Origin: an uncultured Verrucomicrobiae bacterium
GTDB lineage: Bacteria > Verrucomicrobiota > Verrucomicrobiia > Chthoniobacterales > UBA10450
Direction: 5' to 3'
Length of the DNA: 64,000 bases
Assembly (NCBI GenBank): GCA_963815455.1
Contig: CAWFGO010000003.1
Location: 320,001 to 384,000, forward strand
This document shows, piece after piece, positions 1 to 12,146 of the stretch (the first letter of the stretch is position 1; every line of letters starts with the position of its first letter). The notes beneath the pieces were generated by a model, which did no database searches, had not been told where the DNA came from, and worked only from the letters and a program-made list of their open reading frames with translations. The position numbers were made by a program, and so were the translations under genes.

Positions 1-843
<843 letters not shown>

Positions 844-1719
844 CTAAGAGCCGAGCGCCATTTGCGCAGTCGCGATTTCAAGCAACTCGGTGGTAATACT
901 GGCCTGACGCATCTTGTTGTATTCGAGCGTCAAATCTTTGATGAACTGCTGCGCGTTATCGGTGGCGTTCTTCATCGCCACCATTCGCGCACTGTGCTCC
1001 GATGCGCGGGCGTCGAGGATCATCTGGTAAATCTGATACTGAAGGTAATAGGGCAACATGATATCGAGCACGGCTTCGGCGTTCGGCTCGAACGTATAAG
1101 TCGCCATCACATCGACATCTTTCTTATCGCCCTCAGTCGATTCGCCTTTCGGCAAATCAAAACTGCTGATCGGCAGCAACGTGCTCAGGACCGGACGCTG
1201 ATTAATCGTGTTGATGAATTGCGTGTAGAGAACGGTCACCTTGTCCACTTCGCGCTTCAGAAATGCTTCGGTGGCGAATTTGGCGATGACTTTGGTTTCG
1301 ACGAACGATGGCGCGTCTTTCAATTCGAAATCGGCGAGCAATTCCCGTTTGGTCCGGGTAACAAACTGCCGCGCCTTGCGTCCGGTCACGACGAAAACGC
1401 TTTTGTCAGCTTCGAACTGCGATGCTTCACGGAAAAGATTGGTATTTAGCGCGCCGGCCAGGCCTTTGTCCGTGCTGATAATGATCACCAGTTCCTTTTG
1501 CACGGGGCGAATCTGCAGAAGCGGATGCGTTCTCGGATCGGTGCGCTTTTGAAGGGAGACCAGCACCTTGTTCATCAGGGTGGCATACGGCCGTCCGGCC
1601 AATGCCTGCTGCTGCGCCTTGCGCATCTTCGAAGCGGCCACCATCTGCATCGCCTTCGTAATTTGCGCCGTATTGCGGATCGATTTGATCCGGCGTCGTA
1701 TTTCCTGGGTATTGGCCAT
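844..1719 (-). CDS. atpG: ATP synthase F1 subunit gamma
   Basis: IRRRIKSIRNTAQITKAMQMVAASK, DKGLAGALN, ASEHSARMVAMKNATDNA, RQASITTELLEI. Confidence 0.98.
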   Translation of the reverse strand: MANTQEIRRRIKSIRNTAQITKAMQMVAASKMRKAQQQALAGRPYATLMNKVLVSLQKRTDPRTHPLLQIRPVQKELVIIISTDKGLAGALNTNLFREASQFEADKSVFVVTGRKARQFVTRTKRELLADFELKDAPSFVETKVIAKFATEAFLKREVDKVTVLYTQFINTINQRPVLSTLLPISSFDLPKGESTEGDKKDVDVMATYTFEPNAEAVLDIMLPYYLQYQIYQMILDARASEHSARMVAMKNATDNAQQFIKDLTLEYNKMRQASITTELLEIATAQMALGS

Positions 1720-2307
1720 TTAGCGAATTTTCGATTTCCGATTGATCCGATAGCGCGCGGTTCGCTCGCGAACGTGAAAGCCGATCTCGCGCTTTTTCGG
1801 CGGCACTGTTGGCTCAAGCAGGCGTTTCAACGCCGCGAAAAGATCGATGATTGCTTCGTCATGCGAATCGAGCCGGCGCTCCAGTTCTTTCAAGTTTGGC
1901 CGCGAGTTGCGCATTCGCTGCAACCATTTCGCGCAGCTTAATGAACGCGCGAACCACCCGCACACTCGCTTGAATAGCGATATCGCTATTGAGCACGCTC
2001 GCGAGCATGATTGCGCCATGCTCGGTGAAAACCCATGGCAGCTTTCGTTTGCCACCGTGCGGTTTGAGGTCACAATTGCCTAAACTTGAAGTCGCAAATT
2101 GCGACTTCAAGTTTGTAAACTCCTCAGCCACTAAGCTGAAACGCAAAGTCTTCCGGGAAGCGTGAGCGATTTCTCTTCAGTTGTTCATTGAGGCGCTTGG
2201 TCGTGACGCCGTAAATCGCAGCCAAGATCCGAATCGAGCATGACCCGCTGGCCGCGAATCAGGTAGATCGCGCTTTCGACCGGGTCGATCTTGCGATTGG
2301 AAGCCAT
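1720..2307 (-). CDS. ORF6N-domain DNA-binding protein (frameshifted in this assembly)
   Basis: Pieces across frames: [28 protein letters not shown] / [10 protein letters not shown]...[42 protein letters not shown] / [25 protein letters not shown]...[10 protein letters not shown]. Confidence 0.88.
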
Positions 2308-2333
2308 AGCTGAATCGAAAGCGTGCAACGAAA

Positions 2334-3867
<1,534 letters not shown>

Positions 3868-3876
3868 GGTTTCGGA

Positions 3877-4278
3877 TTAGTTGTGTGAAAGTTCCTGCTG
3901 CAGCCGCTCCAAACGATTTCGAACGCTGCCATCCCAGACGTCGCTCCCCACCCGGACGCGCACGCCACCGAGAAGAGTTGGATCGACGATGACCTCGGCA
4001 GTCAAATCGTCGCCGTATTTTTGTTTTAATCGCTCGATCATTTTCGCCGAAGCTTCCTTGCTCAGCTCGCTGGCGCTCTCGATCTTCGCGTGCCGTTTTT
4101 CGATCTCGAGTCGAACCAGGCGCTGGAAGTTCTGTAAAATTTCCGCAACGTAGCGCGGCTTCTTTGTGATCAATAATTGGACCAACGCCGCAACCTTGCC
4201 CCGATCGAGCCGGCCATCGGTAAAACTGGCCCGCAACATTTCCCGCGAAAGCCTGCGGATCTCCTTGTTGATCTTCAT
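3877..4278 (-). CDS. atpH: ATP synthase subunit delta
   Basis: C-terminal VDPTLLGGVRVRVGSDVWDGSVRNRL; operon position. Confidence 0.93.
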   Translation of the reverse strand: MKINKEIRRLSREMLRASFTDGRLDRGKVAALVQLLITKKPRYVAEILQNFQRLVRLEIEKRHAKIESASELSKEASAKMIERLKQKYGDDLTAEVIVDPTLLGGVRVRVGSDVWDGSVRNRLERLQQELSHN

Positions 4279-4820
4279 CAGGCCAGCTGGCGAGCGGCCT
4301 CTTCCTGAAGCCGCCGTTGATCGTCCGGGGTCAACACTTTGCCCGTGACTTTTGCGGTGGTATCGACCACGAGACGCCCCAATTCACGTTTCATCGCTTC
4401 CATTGTGCGTTCGTGTTCCATCGTGCTGGCTTCGCGGGCCTTCGCCAGGATTTGCTCGGCCGCGACAATCGCTTCCTGCTGCTTGCGCTCGGACAAATGC
4501 GCGGCGCTCGCCCGCGCTTCGTCGATCATTTTTTGCGCTTCCGCATTCGCCTTGGTCAGGATTTCCGCATGCCGTTCCTCCGCTTCCGCGAGCTGCTGCT
4601 TGATTTTCTCTGCGTTAAGCTGGCCTTCTTCGATCTTACGCCGGCGTTCCTCAAGGATGGCAAGAATCGGCTTGTAGGCGAACCGGCGCAGCAGCAAGGC
4701 GACAATCGTAAAACTAATAACTTGCGACAAAAAGAGCCATGGATTCCAACCGAAGGTCTCGGAAATATCGCGCAACATATCGCCCGCGCCTCCGCTTGCT
4801 GCGGCAATCATCGTGTTCAT
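4278..4820 (-). CDS. atpF: ATP synthase F0 subunit b
   Basis: N-terminal TM helix, FAYKPILAILEERRRKI, long coiled coil. Confidence 0.95.
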   Translation of the reverse strand: MNTMIAAASGGAGDMLRDISETFGWNPWLFLSQVISFTIVALLLRRFAYKPILAILEERRRKIEEGQLNAEKIKQQLAEAEERHAEILTKANAEAQKMIDEARASAAHLSERKQQEAIVAAEQILAKAREASTMEHERTMEAMKRELGRLVVDTTAKVTGKVLTPDDQRRLQEEAARQLA

Positions 4821-4865
4821 AAGCTAAACCTCACCGCAGAAGCAGTCATCGCGCGTTGCCCAGGA

Positions 4866-5081
4866 TTAATGGCCAATGAGAAAGAGCGCGTAGAAAACGA
4901 TCGCCTCGGTCAACGCGATGGCGAGAATTCCGTGCACCAATACAGGCGTAAAAGCGCCCGGGTTTCGCCCGACCGCCGTCGTCATGCCGAGGCCGATCAG
5001 GCCGAGGCCGATTCCCACGCCCATGGCTGCCAAACCAACGTGAATGCTGCCGCCCATTTCTGCTAGTAGTGATAACATCAT
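4866..5081 (-). CDS. atpE: ATP synthase F0 subunit c
   Basis: MMLSLLAEMGGSIHVGLAAMGVGIGLGLIG...VGRNPGA...ALTEAIVFY with glycine stripe and conserved Glu. Confidence 0.95.
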   Translation of the reverse strand: MMLSLLAEMGGSIHVGLAAMGVGIGLGLIGLGMTTAVGRNPGAFTPVLVHGILAIALTEAIVFYALFLIGH

Positions 5082-5133
5082 AGTTCTTAGTCTTGTTGTT
5101 TGTTCCGCGATCCCGTTATGAAATCGCTTAAAT

Positions 5134-6054
5134 TCAATGTGCCTTCTCCGCGCTGTGTTCCGCAATCAAGAGAGTGAAAACCGCCGTGAGCAACATAAAG
5201 ACCAGCGCCTGGACGAATCCTACCAGCACCTCCAAAAAATAAAATGGAATTGGGATCAGCCAGGAAAGCATCGGCACCATGCTCGATAAAACCTCGATGA
5301 TGCTCTCCCCCGCGTAAATGTTTCCGAACAATCGAAAGCTCAGGGCGATCGGGCGGAAAAGGATCGAGACCACTTCTAGCCAGCCCACCATGAAGAAAAT
5401 AACCACCATCAAAATCCGCACAATTCCCGTGGTCTCGCCTTTCGGGCCAAAGAGGTGAAGCAACAGGCCGCCCACGCCATTGGCTTGAATCGCCCAAATG
5501 ATCCAAAGAACAAAGAAGATTGCCGCCATCGCGGTCGTCATGTTTAAGTCCGCGTTGCCGCCACGCAGTAGGGGCCGATCCACGTGGAAAATGCCCGTCG
5601 CCGCATCGTGATGGCCCCAGCCGATCGTCCCCACGCCGGGAATCAGTCCTAACCAGTTGACGAACAGGATGAAAATGAAAATGGTCGCAAAAAACCAAAA
5701 CGTCTTTCGGACCAGATCGCGGCCGATAATGCCCTCGAGAAAATTGTAGAGACTTTCCACCAGCCATTCCCAGAAATTCTGCAATCCGCTGGGAATCGAC
5801 TTCGCTTTTCGCGTAGCCAATTGGGCCAGAATGATAATACCGGCCGCCACCACCCATGTGACCAACATCGAGTTCGTAATCGCAAACTTTCCAATGTGAA
5901 CGAGCTCCGCGGCCTTTAACGAAAGTGCTTCGTGCTCCTCGGCGACCGCCGCGCCTGATGCGGGTTCCATCCCGAATGCCGCTGTGGCCAGAACACAGCC
6001 GCAACACAGCGCGAAGATCGACAACGATAGACAGGAAAAATAACGGTCCTGCAT
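5134..6054 (-). CDS. atpB: ATP synthase F0 subunit a
   Basis: PSGLQNFWE, NADLNMT, RPIALSFRLFGNIYAGE, VQALVFMLLTAVF. Confidence 0.97.
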   Translation of the reverse strand: MQDRYFSCLSLSIFALCCGCVLATAAFGMEPASGAAVAEEHEALSLKAAELVHIGKFAITNSMLVTWVVAAGIIILAQLATRKAKSIPSGLQNFWEWLVESLYNFLEGIIGRDLVRKTFWFFATIFIFILFVNWLGLIPGVGTIGWGHHDAATGIFHVDRPLLRGGNADLNMTTAMAAIFFVLWIIWAIQANGVGGLLLHLFGPKGETTGIVRILMVVIFFMVGWLEVVSILFRPIALSFRLFGNIYAGESIIEVLSSMVPMLSWLIPIPFYFLEVLVGFVQALVFMLLTAVFTLLIAEHSAEKAH

Positions 6055-6232
6055 TCAGTTAGTGGCAATGCCGCGGCCTGACGTTTATTCGTCCGCGTCA
6101 GGTGCAAAAAGCATCGACGCTCGGGGCAAGGCGCGCTTGCGTCGCGGATATCAAAGCTGCTTTTGCGCGGATGACAAGCGCCTTTCCTGAAAAAATTCCA
6201 CATCCGGTGGATACGGCCTGCGTATCAAACAT

Positions 6233-7064
6233 TTGCATCCCCATACATCTTCCGGCGATAGGACGCCTTCTCGCAGCTCCCGGCTTGTTTGTCGCCGACT
6301 TATCGGCATCCTTTTCCCCGTGCGGCTCGCGCGAAAAATTCAAAAGCTCTTCTCGGCCGAAATCTTTCCCAGTTTCTGGGAAAACGCGGCGCGAGCATTG
6401 CATCCGGTAAACAGCCGCCGAATCCTCGCCACGATCGACAAGGATAAACTTGTCCGCTTGCGCCAGCAGTGTCCGCGGCGGCCGAATGCGCGACAAATCA
6501 ACGCCTACGAGAACGCTGATTACTGGATCGGCGTGAACGTGAAGCGGGTGCAGGACCTTTGGCTCGATCGCACACGGCCGCTGCGCATTCTCGATCTTGG
6601 CTGCGGCCCGGGATATTTTCTCTACGTCTGCCGTCTGTTCGGGCATGAGGGCATCGGTCTCGATCGCGACCAGGAACCGATTTTTCGCGGACTGACCGAG
6701 TTCTTCAACGTGCGCCGCGTGATCTCGCAGATCGACCGTGAGGTTCCCCTGCCCGATCTCGGAGGAAAATTCGACCTGGTGACTTCGCATCGCGTCTGTT
6801 TTCACCGAATCAATCGCGCGGCGAACGACGACTGGAACGAGTGGACTCCCGTCGACTGGCGATTCCTTATTAACGATATCAGAACGCGATTTCTGAAACC
6901 GAACGGCCGATTGCTGCTCGAGTTCATGCCCCGGCCCGACGGCAGCTCATTTTTCAAGCCGGAGCTGCGCGCTTGTTTTATCAAGCGAGGGCGCTCGCAT
7001 CTTTCGCTCGAAGGCACTGTTCGCGGCGGATCCGAAGCAACGCCCACGATTCAAACAGCTGTAG
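6233..7064 (+). CDS. Class I SAM-dependent methyltransferase (frameshift near 6990; true end ...RPRFKQL*)
   Basis: LRILDLGCGPGYF motif I, KFDLVTS, LKPNGRLLLEF; start uncertain. Confidence 0.8.
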
Positions 7065-7131
7065 CCGCGTCGCTCTGTCGACGCGATCCGCATCGCGACT
7101 GGCATTGCGGCGACACAGCGCCGTGGCTACA
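7060..7131. repeat. GTAG-family REP doublet (REPIN-like) between convergent genes
   Basis: TGTAGCCGCGTCGCTCTGTCGACGC ... GCGGCGACACAGCGCCGTGGCTACA: two inverted ~25-nt imperfect hairpins each with a GTAG foot. Confidence 0.85.
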
Positions 7132-7927
7132 ACTTCCAATCCGCGCAATCCCACCAAGCAGCTTTTCGAGTCTTGCGACGTCATCGGCAAAAATTGGGAC
7201 GCAAATATTCCCGTTCCGCCGACGTGATCTCGCGTTCGTAGGGCACGACGTTGCTGATCCTTGTTTCGCGGGACCGAGGCCTTGTCCACACCAGAAACTC
7301 AAAAATGGAATCGAGCGTCTTGCTGGTTGTCCGGTCGCGAAATTCTTCGGATTTGACGATCTTCACCTGTTCCCGCGGGAAAAACTTGAAAACGCGTTCG
7401 ATCTGTTCGGCATACAGTCCCCGATCGACATAGGAAAACCGTCGGGATTGCAGCGGAGCTTCCTGCCGCGCTCGATCCGGTTCCGTTTTCACAGCTTCCA
7501 AAAAATCGAGCGGCTCGCGTTTCTTGAACCGCTGCATGTTCCAATGGGCGAAGGCCCGGTCGATCGGATTTCGTAACAGAATCAGCAGCTTGATCTTTGG
7601 ATTGTATTTCCAAATTCGCTCCATGGCCGGATTCCAATAAAGATAGATCGGAGTGCAATCGCCGGCGACTGCCTGCCGCGCCGTAGTGCTACGAAGGCGG
7701 GTCGATCCTCCGACCGGCGAATAGTGCCGGTGCAGCAGTTCGTAATCGACTGGCCCGGCAAAAATTTTCTCATCATCGAAGAAGTGCATCTCCTGCTTGT
7801 CGCCCATCGTGATATCGGGGTGTTTCGACAAGAAATAATGAAGCGCCGTCGTTCCCGACTTTTGCGCGCCGGCGAGAATAAAATCGAGCGCGTTGATCTT
7901 GTGCCGTTTAGTTCGAAGCATTGCCAT
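7127..7927 (-). CDS. Sulfotransferase domain protein (frameshifts near the 3' end)
   Basis: 5'-PSB motif FILAGAQKSGTTALH, EMHFFD, CTPIY, LRNPIDRAFAHW, RGLY; reconstructed end LEKLLGWDCADWKL*. Confidence 0.88.
7671..7701 (-). repeat. 30-31-nt mini-element inserted in frame in the sulfotransferase
   Basis: Reverse complement CCCGCCTTCGTAGCACTACGGCGCGGCAGGC matches 10076-10106 at 27/31 nt. Confidence 0.85.
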
Positions 7928-7936
7928 CCAAGCTAA

Positions 7937-8627
7937 TCAAAACCGATAGCCGTGCAGGTCGATTTCTTTGGCGAAAGCTTCTTCCACGATCCGGCGTTGT
8001 GTTTCGTTAAATACTTCCTGATAGGGCCTGCGATCGGTCCGATGTTCCGATTTCGCGCGGACCCCAAGCGAGCCGTCAAACGGCACACCGAGCCGCGCAA
8101 ACACTTCCGCCAACTCGGCCATGAGATTTTCATACCGCACAATACGATCGACAATGATCTTGTTTCCAGAGGGATCGGTATATCGGACGTAATTAAGCGG
8201 AAACTTTCCGATCGCGAGGTATTGATCGAGCGTGAGCGTGCCGCCTTTCCGTGAGGCGTTCATGTGATAATGCGACAGAACTTTGTCCCACGGGTTTCGT
8301 TCCACGCAGAATTTGAAATAAGTATTCCAGATTTCTGGCGACACGCGCTTTTGGATGAGCCACGCAGGCATATGATTGTAAAATTTCTTGCGCCTGCGGA
8401 CCGGGTGCCGCAAATCCTTAAGCGGACCGAATGGCTGTTTGAACACGTCCGCGATTGGATAAGCGAAGCCTTCGTCGTTGCGCGGCTGGTGTCCTTCAAC
8501 CGGCGGGCGGATAGGCGTCAGGAACGTCGTTGGCACCACAGTGCTTCGAGAGAAAAACCTCGATGCTCGTCCCCGCCGTCTTCACTGTTTTGATGAAGAT
8601 AAATTTGTGCTTGTGGGAAATGATCAT
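7937..8627 (-). CDS. Sulfotransferase family 2 domain protein (frameshift near 8535)
   Basis: MIISHKHKFIFIKTVKTAGTSIEVFL, YFKFCVERNPWDKVLSHY, IVRYENL. Confidence 0.88.
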
Positions 8628-8639
8628 CCGAGCCCGCCT

Positions 8640-8703
8640 GGCGTCTGATACAGACGCCCTACAGTTCTTTTCGTCGTCGGCTCCGCGGAGCGTCGCCTTA
8701 CCA
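8640..8703. repeat. Two single REP-like hairpins
   Basis: GGCGTCTGATACAGACGCCCTACA (same family as 27966-27988) and GCGGAGCGTCGCCTTACC. Confidence 0.7.
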
Positions 8704-8708
8704 GCAGA

Positions 8709-9500
8709 CTACGGCAACTGCTTCAGCAGTTTTTTCCAGCGCTCCCAGGCATCGTCGTGCGCTTTTCTATCGGATTCGCGCACATTGGGATTCGCCGGGT
8801 CGCCCGAACGCATGAACCCGTGGCCCGCGCCTTTGTAAATTACCGGCTCGTATTTTTTCCCGGCGGCTTTCATGAGCTCTTCTCCTCTTGGAATCGTCGC
8901 GTCCACGCGCTCATCGTTCTCCCCGTAGAATCCGTAAACGGGACACACCACCTTCGCCACCTCTGCCGGGTCGTCCAATGCGGTGCCGTAGAAAGAATAG
9001 GCCGCTTTCAGTTTGGAGTTCGTCGTCGCGTACTTGAACGTCCATCCCCCGCCCCAGCAGAAACCGCACACCGCGAGCGTACCGTTGCCGGCGGAAATTT
9101 TCAGCGCGTAGTCGGCAGTCGCGTTAAGATCCGATTCGACCTGTTCTTTAGGCAACGCCGAAATCGCTTTTCGGGACCCGTCCACGTCCTCAAACGTCTG
9201 ACCGCTGAGCAAATCGGGCGCGATGGCGATGACTCCGTTTTCCGCAAGTTCATCGCACAAGCTGCGCACCCAATCGGTGAGTCCGAAGATTTCATGGATA
9301 ACGAGCACCACCGGCGCCTTGTCTTTGCGCTCCGGATAGACCACGAACGCTTTGATGGTGCGATCGCCCGATTTGATTTCAACCCATTCGCCATGACGCG
9401 GCGAACCGTTCAGGCGTTTTTTGCCAAAATCCTTGAATTCCTGCGCCGGCAGTGACTGGACAAGGAAAACCAGGCAAATTCCGATGAGGATGCGTTTCAT
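8709..9500 (-). CDS. Dienelactone hydrolase family protein with signal peptide
   Basis: MKRILIGICLVFLVQSLPA signal, VIHEIFGL, GFCWGG nucleophile motif, GAGHGFM. Confidence 0.92.
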   Translation of the reverse strand: MKRILIGICLVFLVQSLPAQEFKDFGKKRLNGSPRHGEWVEIKSGDRTIKAFVVYPERKDKAPVVLVIHEIFGLTDWVRSLCDELAENGVIAIAPDLLSGQTFEDVDGSRKAISALPKEQVESDLNATADYALKISAGNGTLAVCGFCWGGGWTFKYATTNSKLKAAYSFYGTALDDPAEVAKVVCPVYGFYGENDERVDATIPRGEELMKAAGKKYEPVIYKGAGHGFMRSGDPANPNVRESDRKAHDDAWERWKKLLKQLP

Positions 9501-9526
9501 GCCTACGCAGGTGTACGATCCTGTCC

Positions 9527-9943
9527 CTACGCTGTCGATGACGTGCCGGCCCCTTTGGTCATCATCGCATCGACGCTCCACCGGCCCGGGCCATGAAAGA
9601 ACATGAACAGAAATATGAAGCAATAGAGCACAGCCACTTCGCCGTGATTAACAATCGGAATCAAACTGCCGCCGGCGGCGTGAACCATGAAGAACCCAAC
9701 CGCCATTTCGCCCGAAGCGATGAACGCCGCCAAACGGGTGAGAAGTCCAATCGCGATAAGGAGGCCGGCGATAATTTCGATCCAGCCACCGATAGTCATC
9801 ATCATGTTGAGATCATGCGGCGCTTTGTCGGGGGGCGTAAACCAGCCCAGGATCTTTTGGGCGCCATGACAGAAAAACATCAGGCCCACAATCAGCCGCA
9901 TAATGCAAAAGACCGGATCCGCGAAACGATTGAGTGAGTTCAT
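9527..9943 (-). CDS. DoxX family membrane protein
   Basis: RLIVGLMFFCHGAQK, GLLTRLAAFIASGEMAV, GPGRWSVD. Confidence 0.92.
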   Translation of the reverse strand: MNSLNRFADPVFCIMRLIVGLMFFCHGAQKILGWFTPPDKAPHDLNMMMTIGGWIEIIAGLLIAIGLLTRLAAFIASGEMAVGFFMVHAAGGSLIPIVNHGEVAVLYCFIFLFMFFHGPGRWSVDAMMTKGAGTSSTA

Positions 9944-10011
9944 GGCCGGCAGGCTGAACGATTTCGATCGGCACTGTCAAGCCAATCGCGTTTGCCGACG
10001 CCCCACCCGCT

Positions 10012-10124
10012 GTCATCCTGAGCAGAGTCGAAGGATCCCGATGAATCAGCTTTAAGCTCCCGTCTCGGGAATCCTCCCGCCTTCGCAACGCTACTGCGCG
10101 GCAGGCGACTCCGCTCGGAATGGC
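10012..10124. repeat. GTCATCC..GGATGAC-type long palindromic element with nested 30-nt insert
   Basis: Left arm GTCATCCTGAGCAGAGTCGAAGGATCCCG; right arm CGGGAATCCT[insert]CGACTCCGCTCGGAATGGC; sister copy at 23918-24012. Confidence 0.82.
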
Positions 10125-10145
10125 GGGCACAGACGATTGTCGATC

Positions 10146-11386
10146 CTAAGCGGCGAGTTCGAGCTTTTCGCGGGAGATACCCCGCAATTCAAACAACCGG
10201 ATCAAAGTTTCCTCGATCAAATTGTTCGGACAGGAGGCACCGGCGGTGATGCCGACCACGGCCGGGCCGCTCGGCAGCCAGAAATGGGAAACGACTTCGC
10301 GTTTCTCGTGCAAGTTGTAATGCTTGATCTCGCTGGTAGAAACCAGCCGGGAAGCATTCAATACAAAATAGGTCGGCAATTTTTCCTCGCCCATCTCGGC
10401 CAGATGCGACGTATTCGAGCTGTTGTAACCGCCCACGACAAGGAGCAGGTCCATATTCACGCCGAGCAGCTCGCGTAACGCGTCCTGGCGTTCCTGAGTC
10501 GCGCCGCAAATGGTGTCGAAGAAACGAAAATGGTTTTCCGCGAGCTCGGGGCCGTCCCGATCGACAATCGCCTGGCGGACTCGCCGCTGCACTTCCTCGG
10601 TTTCGCCTCGCAACATCGTGGTTTGATTGGCCACGCCGACTGTTCGCAGGTGAACGTCAGGATCGAACCCGGGCGAATATGCGCCGCTGAAATTTTTCGA
10701 GGAATGCCTGCTTGTCGCCGCCGTGGCGGATGTAATCGCAAACGTAATCCGTATCGGCCAGCGTGAGGACGACGAGATAATGTCCATTGCCGTCACCTAG
10801 CGCGCGGGAACTGGTGGCCTTTGTCTCTTCGTGTTCGGCCTTGCCGTGAATGATGGAAGTGGCCGATTCGCTGGCATATTTGCGGACGCGTTTCCAGACG
10901 CTCATCACGTCGCCGCAAGTGGTATCGACGATCTGGCAGCCGCGATCTTTGATTTGCTGCTGGATCGACAATTCGGTTCCAAACGCCGGCACGATCACGA
11001 CGTCGTCGGGGCCGAGCTCGGATATGTCCGCCTGCTTGTTTTCACCGGTGAGATTCTTGATGCCGAGCGACGATATTTGTTCGTTTACCTCCGGATTGTG
11101 AATGATTTCGCCCACGATGAAGAGACGGCGATCTTTGAAAACCTTGCGCGCGGCATAGGCGAGATCGATCGCGCGCTCGACGCCGTAACAAAATCCGAAT
11201 TGCTTGGCCAGGCGCACGGTTGTGTCCCCCACTGAAATGGTGCCGCCCGTACGCCGGATCTTTTCCACAATATCGCTGCGGTAATGCGATTCGACCTGCT
11301 GCTGGACCGCAGCCATCACATCCGGCGTACGCAGGTTGACCTTTCTCGCGGGCAGTTGTGCCGCTGGAAATCAGGTTCGTGCTCAT
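10146..11386 (-). CDS. ispH: 4-hydroxy-3-methylbut-2-enyl diphosphate reductase (frameshifted in assembly)
   Basis: FGFCYGVERA, EIIHNP, DTTC, NQTTM, DTICGATQERQ, VVGGYNSSNT, GITAGASCP. Confidence 0.95.
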
Positions 11387-11455
11387 GACTTGGTAACGAT
11401 AGCACGTGCCGGCCGCTTTTCAGAGGCCGGCAATTTCGTCCCTTCCAAATGCAGT

Positions 11456-12076
11456 TTACTGGTCAACCAGTAACGGCCCGGGCGGATCCTTGAACCAGCT
11501 GTCCGACATCAGCGCTGAGCGTGGCGGATTCGGGTCCCGGCTTTGATCGATCCGCAGGATCTTGTTACCGAATTTTTGGTCTTCGGGAAGCGACGTAGCA
11601 ATGTCCACCGGCGTGCCGATTCGCGTCAGCGCGAAAAGTCGAGCCGCGGCCTCGCGATGCAGCCGAACGCAGCCGTGTGTGCGGGGCTGCGCCCAGACGA
11701 ATCCTTCGTGAAATCCGTAAGCCGGGGCGAACTCGCACCAGTAGGCCATCGGATAACCGGCATCCGGCTCGCTCACGCGGCGTTTGTTTTTGATCTTGTT
11801 GTAAATGGTGAAATGCCCGTGAGGGGTCGCCGCGCCACCTCGGCCGACGTTGGCCTGCGCAGCCATGAGCAATCGGTCGCCTTCCATGACGTAGAGGCTC
11901 TGGGTGGAAGTCGAGAGTTTCACTCGCACTTTTGACGGGTCGTGCGGCCGATAGGCCACAACGTGGTAAGAACTCCCTCCTCTGTAGCCCATCCCTCCGC
12001 TGCCAGTTTCGCAACCGGTAAGCAGTGAAATCGCCACGGCGCCGCCTAACAAAACAAACGGGGAAACGATCTTCAT
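11456..12076 (-). CDS. L,D-transpeptidase (YkuD) family lipoprotein
   Basis: Lipobox LLTGC; YGFHEG...THGCVRL catalytic His/Cys motif. Confidence 0.9.
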   Translation of the reverse strand: MKIVSPFVLLGGAVAISLLTGCETGSGGMGYRGGSSYHVVAYRPHDPSKVRVKLSTSTQSLYVMEGDRLLMAAQANVGRGGAATPHGHFTIYNKIKNKRRVSEPDAGYPMAYWCEFAPAYGFHEGFVWAQPRTHGCVRLHREAAARLFALTRIGTPVDIATSLPEDQKFGNKILRIDQSRDPNPPRSALMSDSWFKDPPGPLLVDQ

Positions 12077-12146
12077 AGTGGCCGATACTGGAAAAGGACC
12101 GGAGGGTTTTGTCAACTTACCGCTGCCTGGCGATGTCGATCTATCT

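Noticed and set aside
4866..5165. N-terminally extended c subunit (99 aa)
   Set aside because: The extension overlaps atpB; the start at 5081 gives a normal 71-aa subunit.
6233..7576. 447-aa methyltransferase overlapping the sulfotransferase
   Set aside because: Readthrough from an indel near 6990; the tail is antisense to a real gene.
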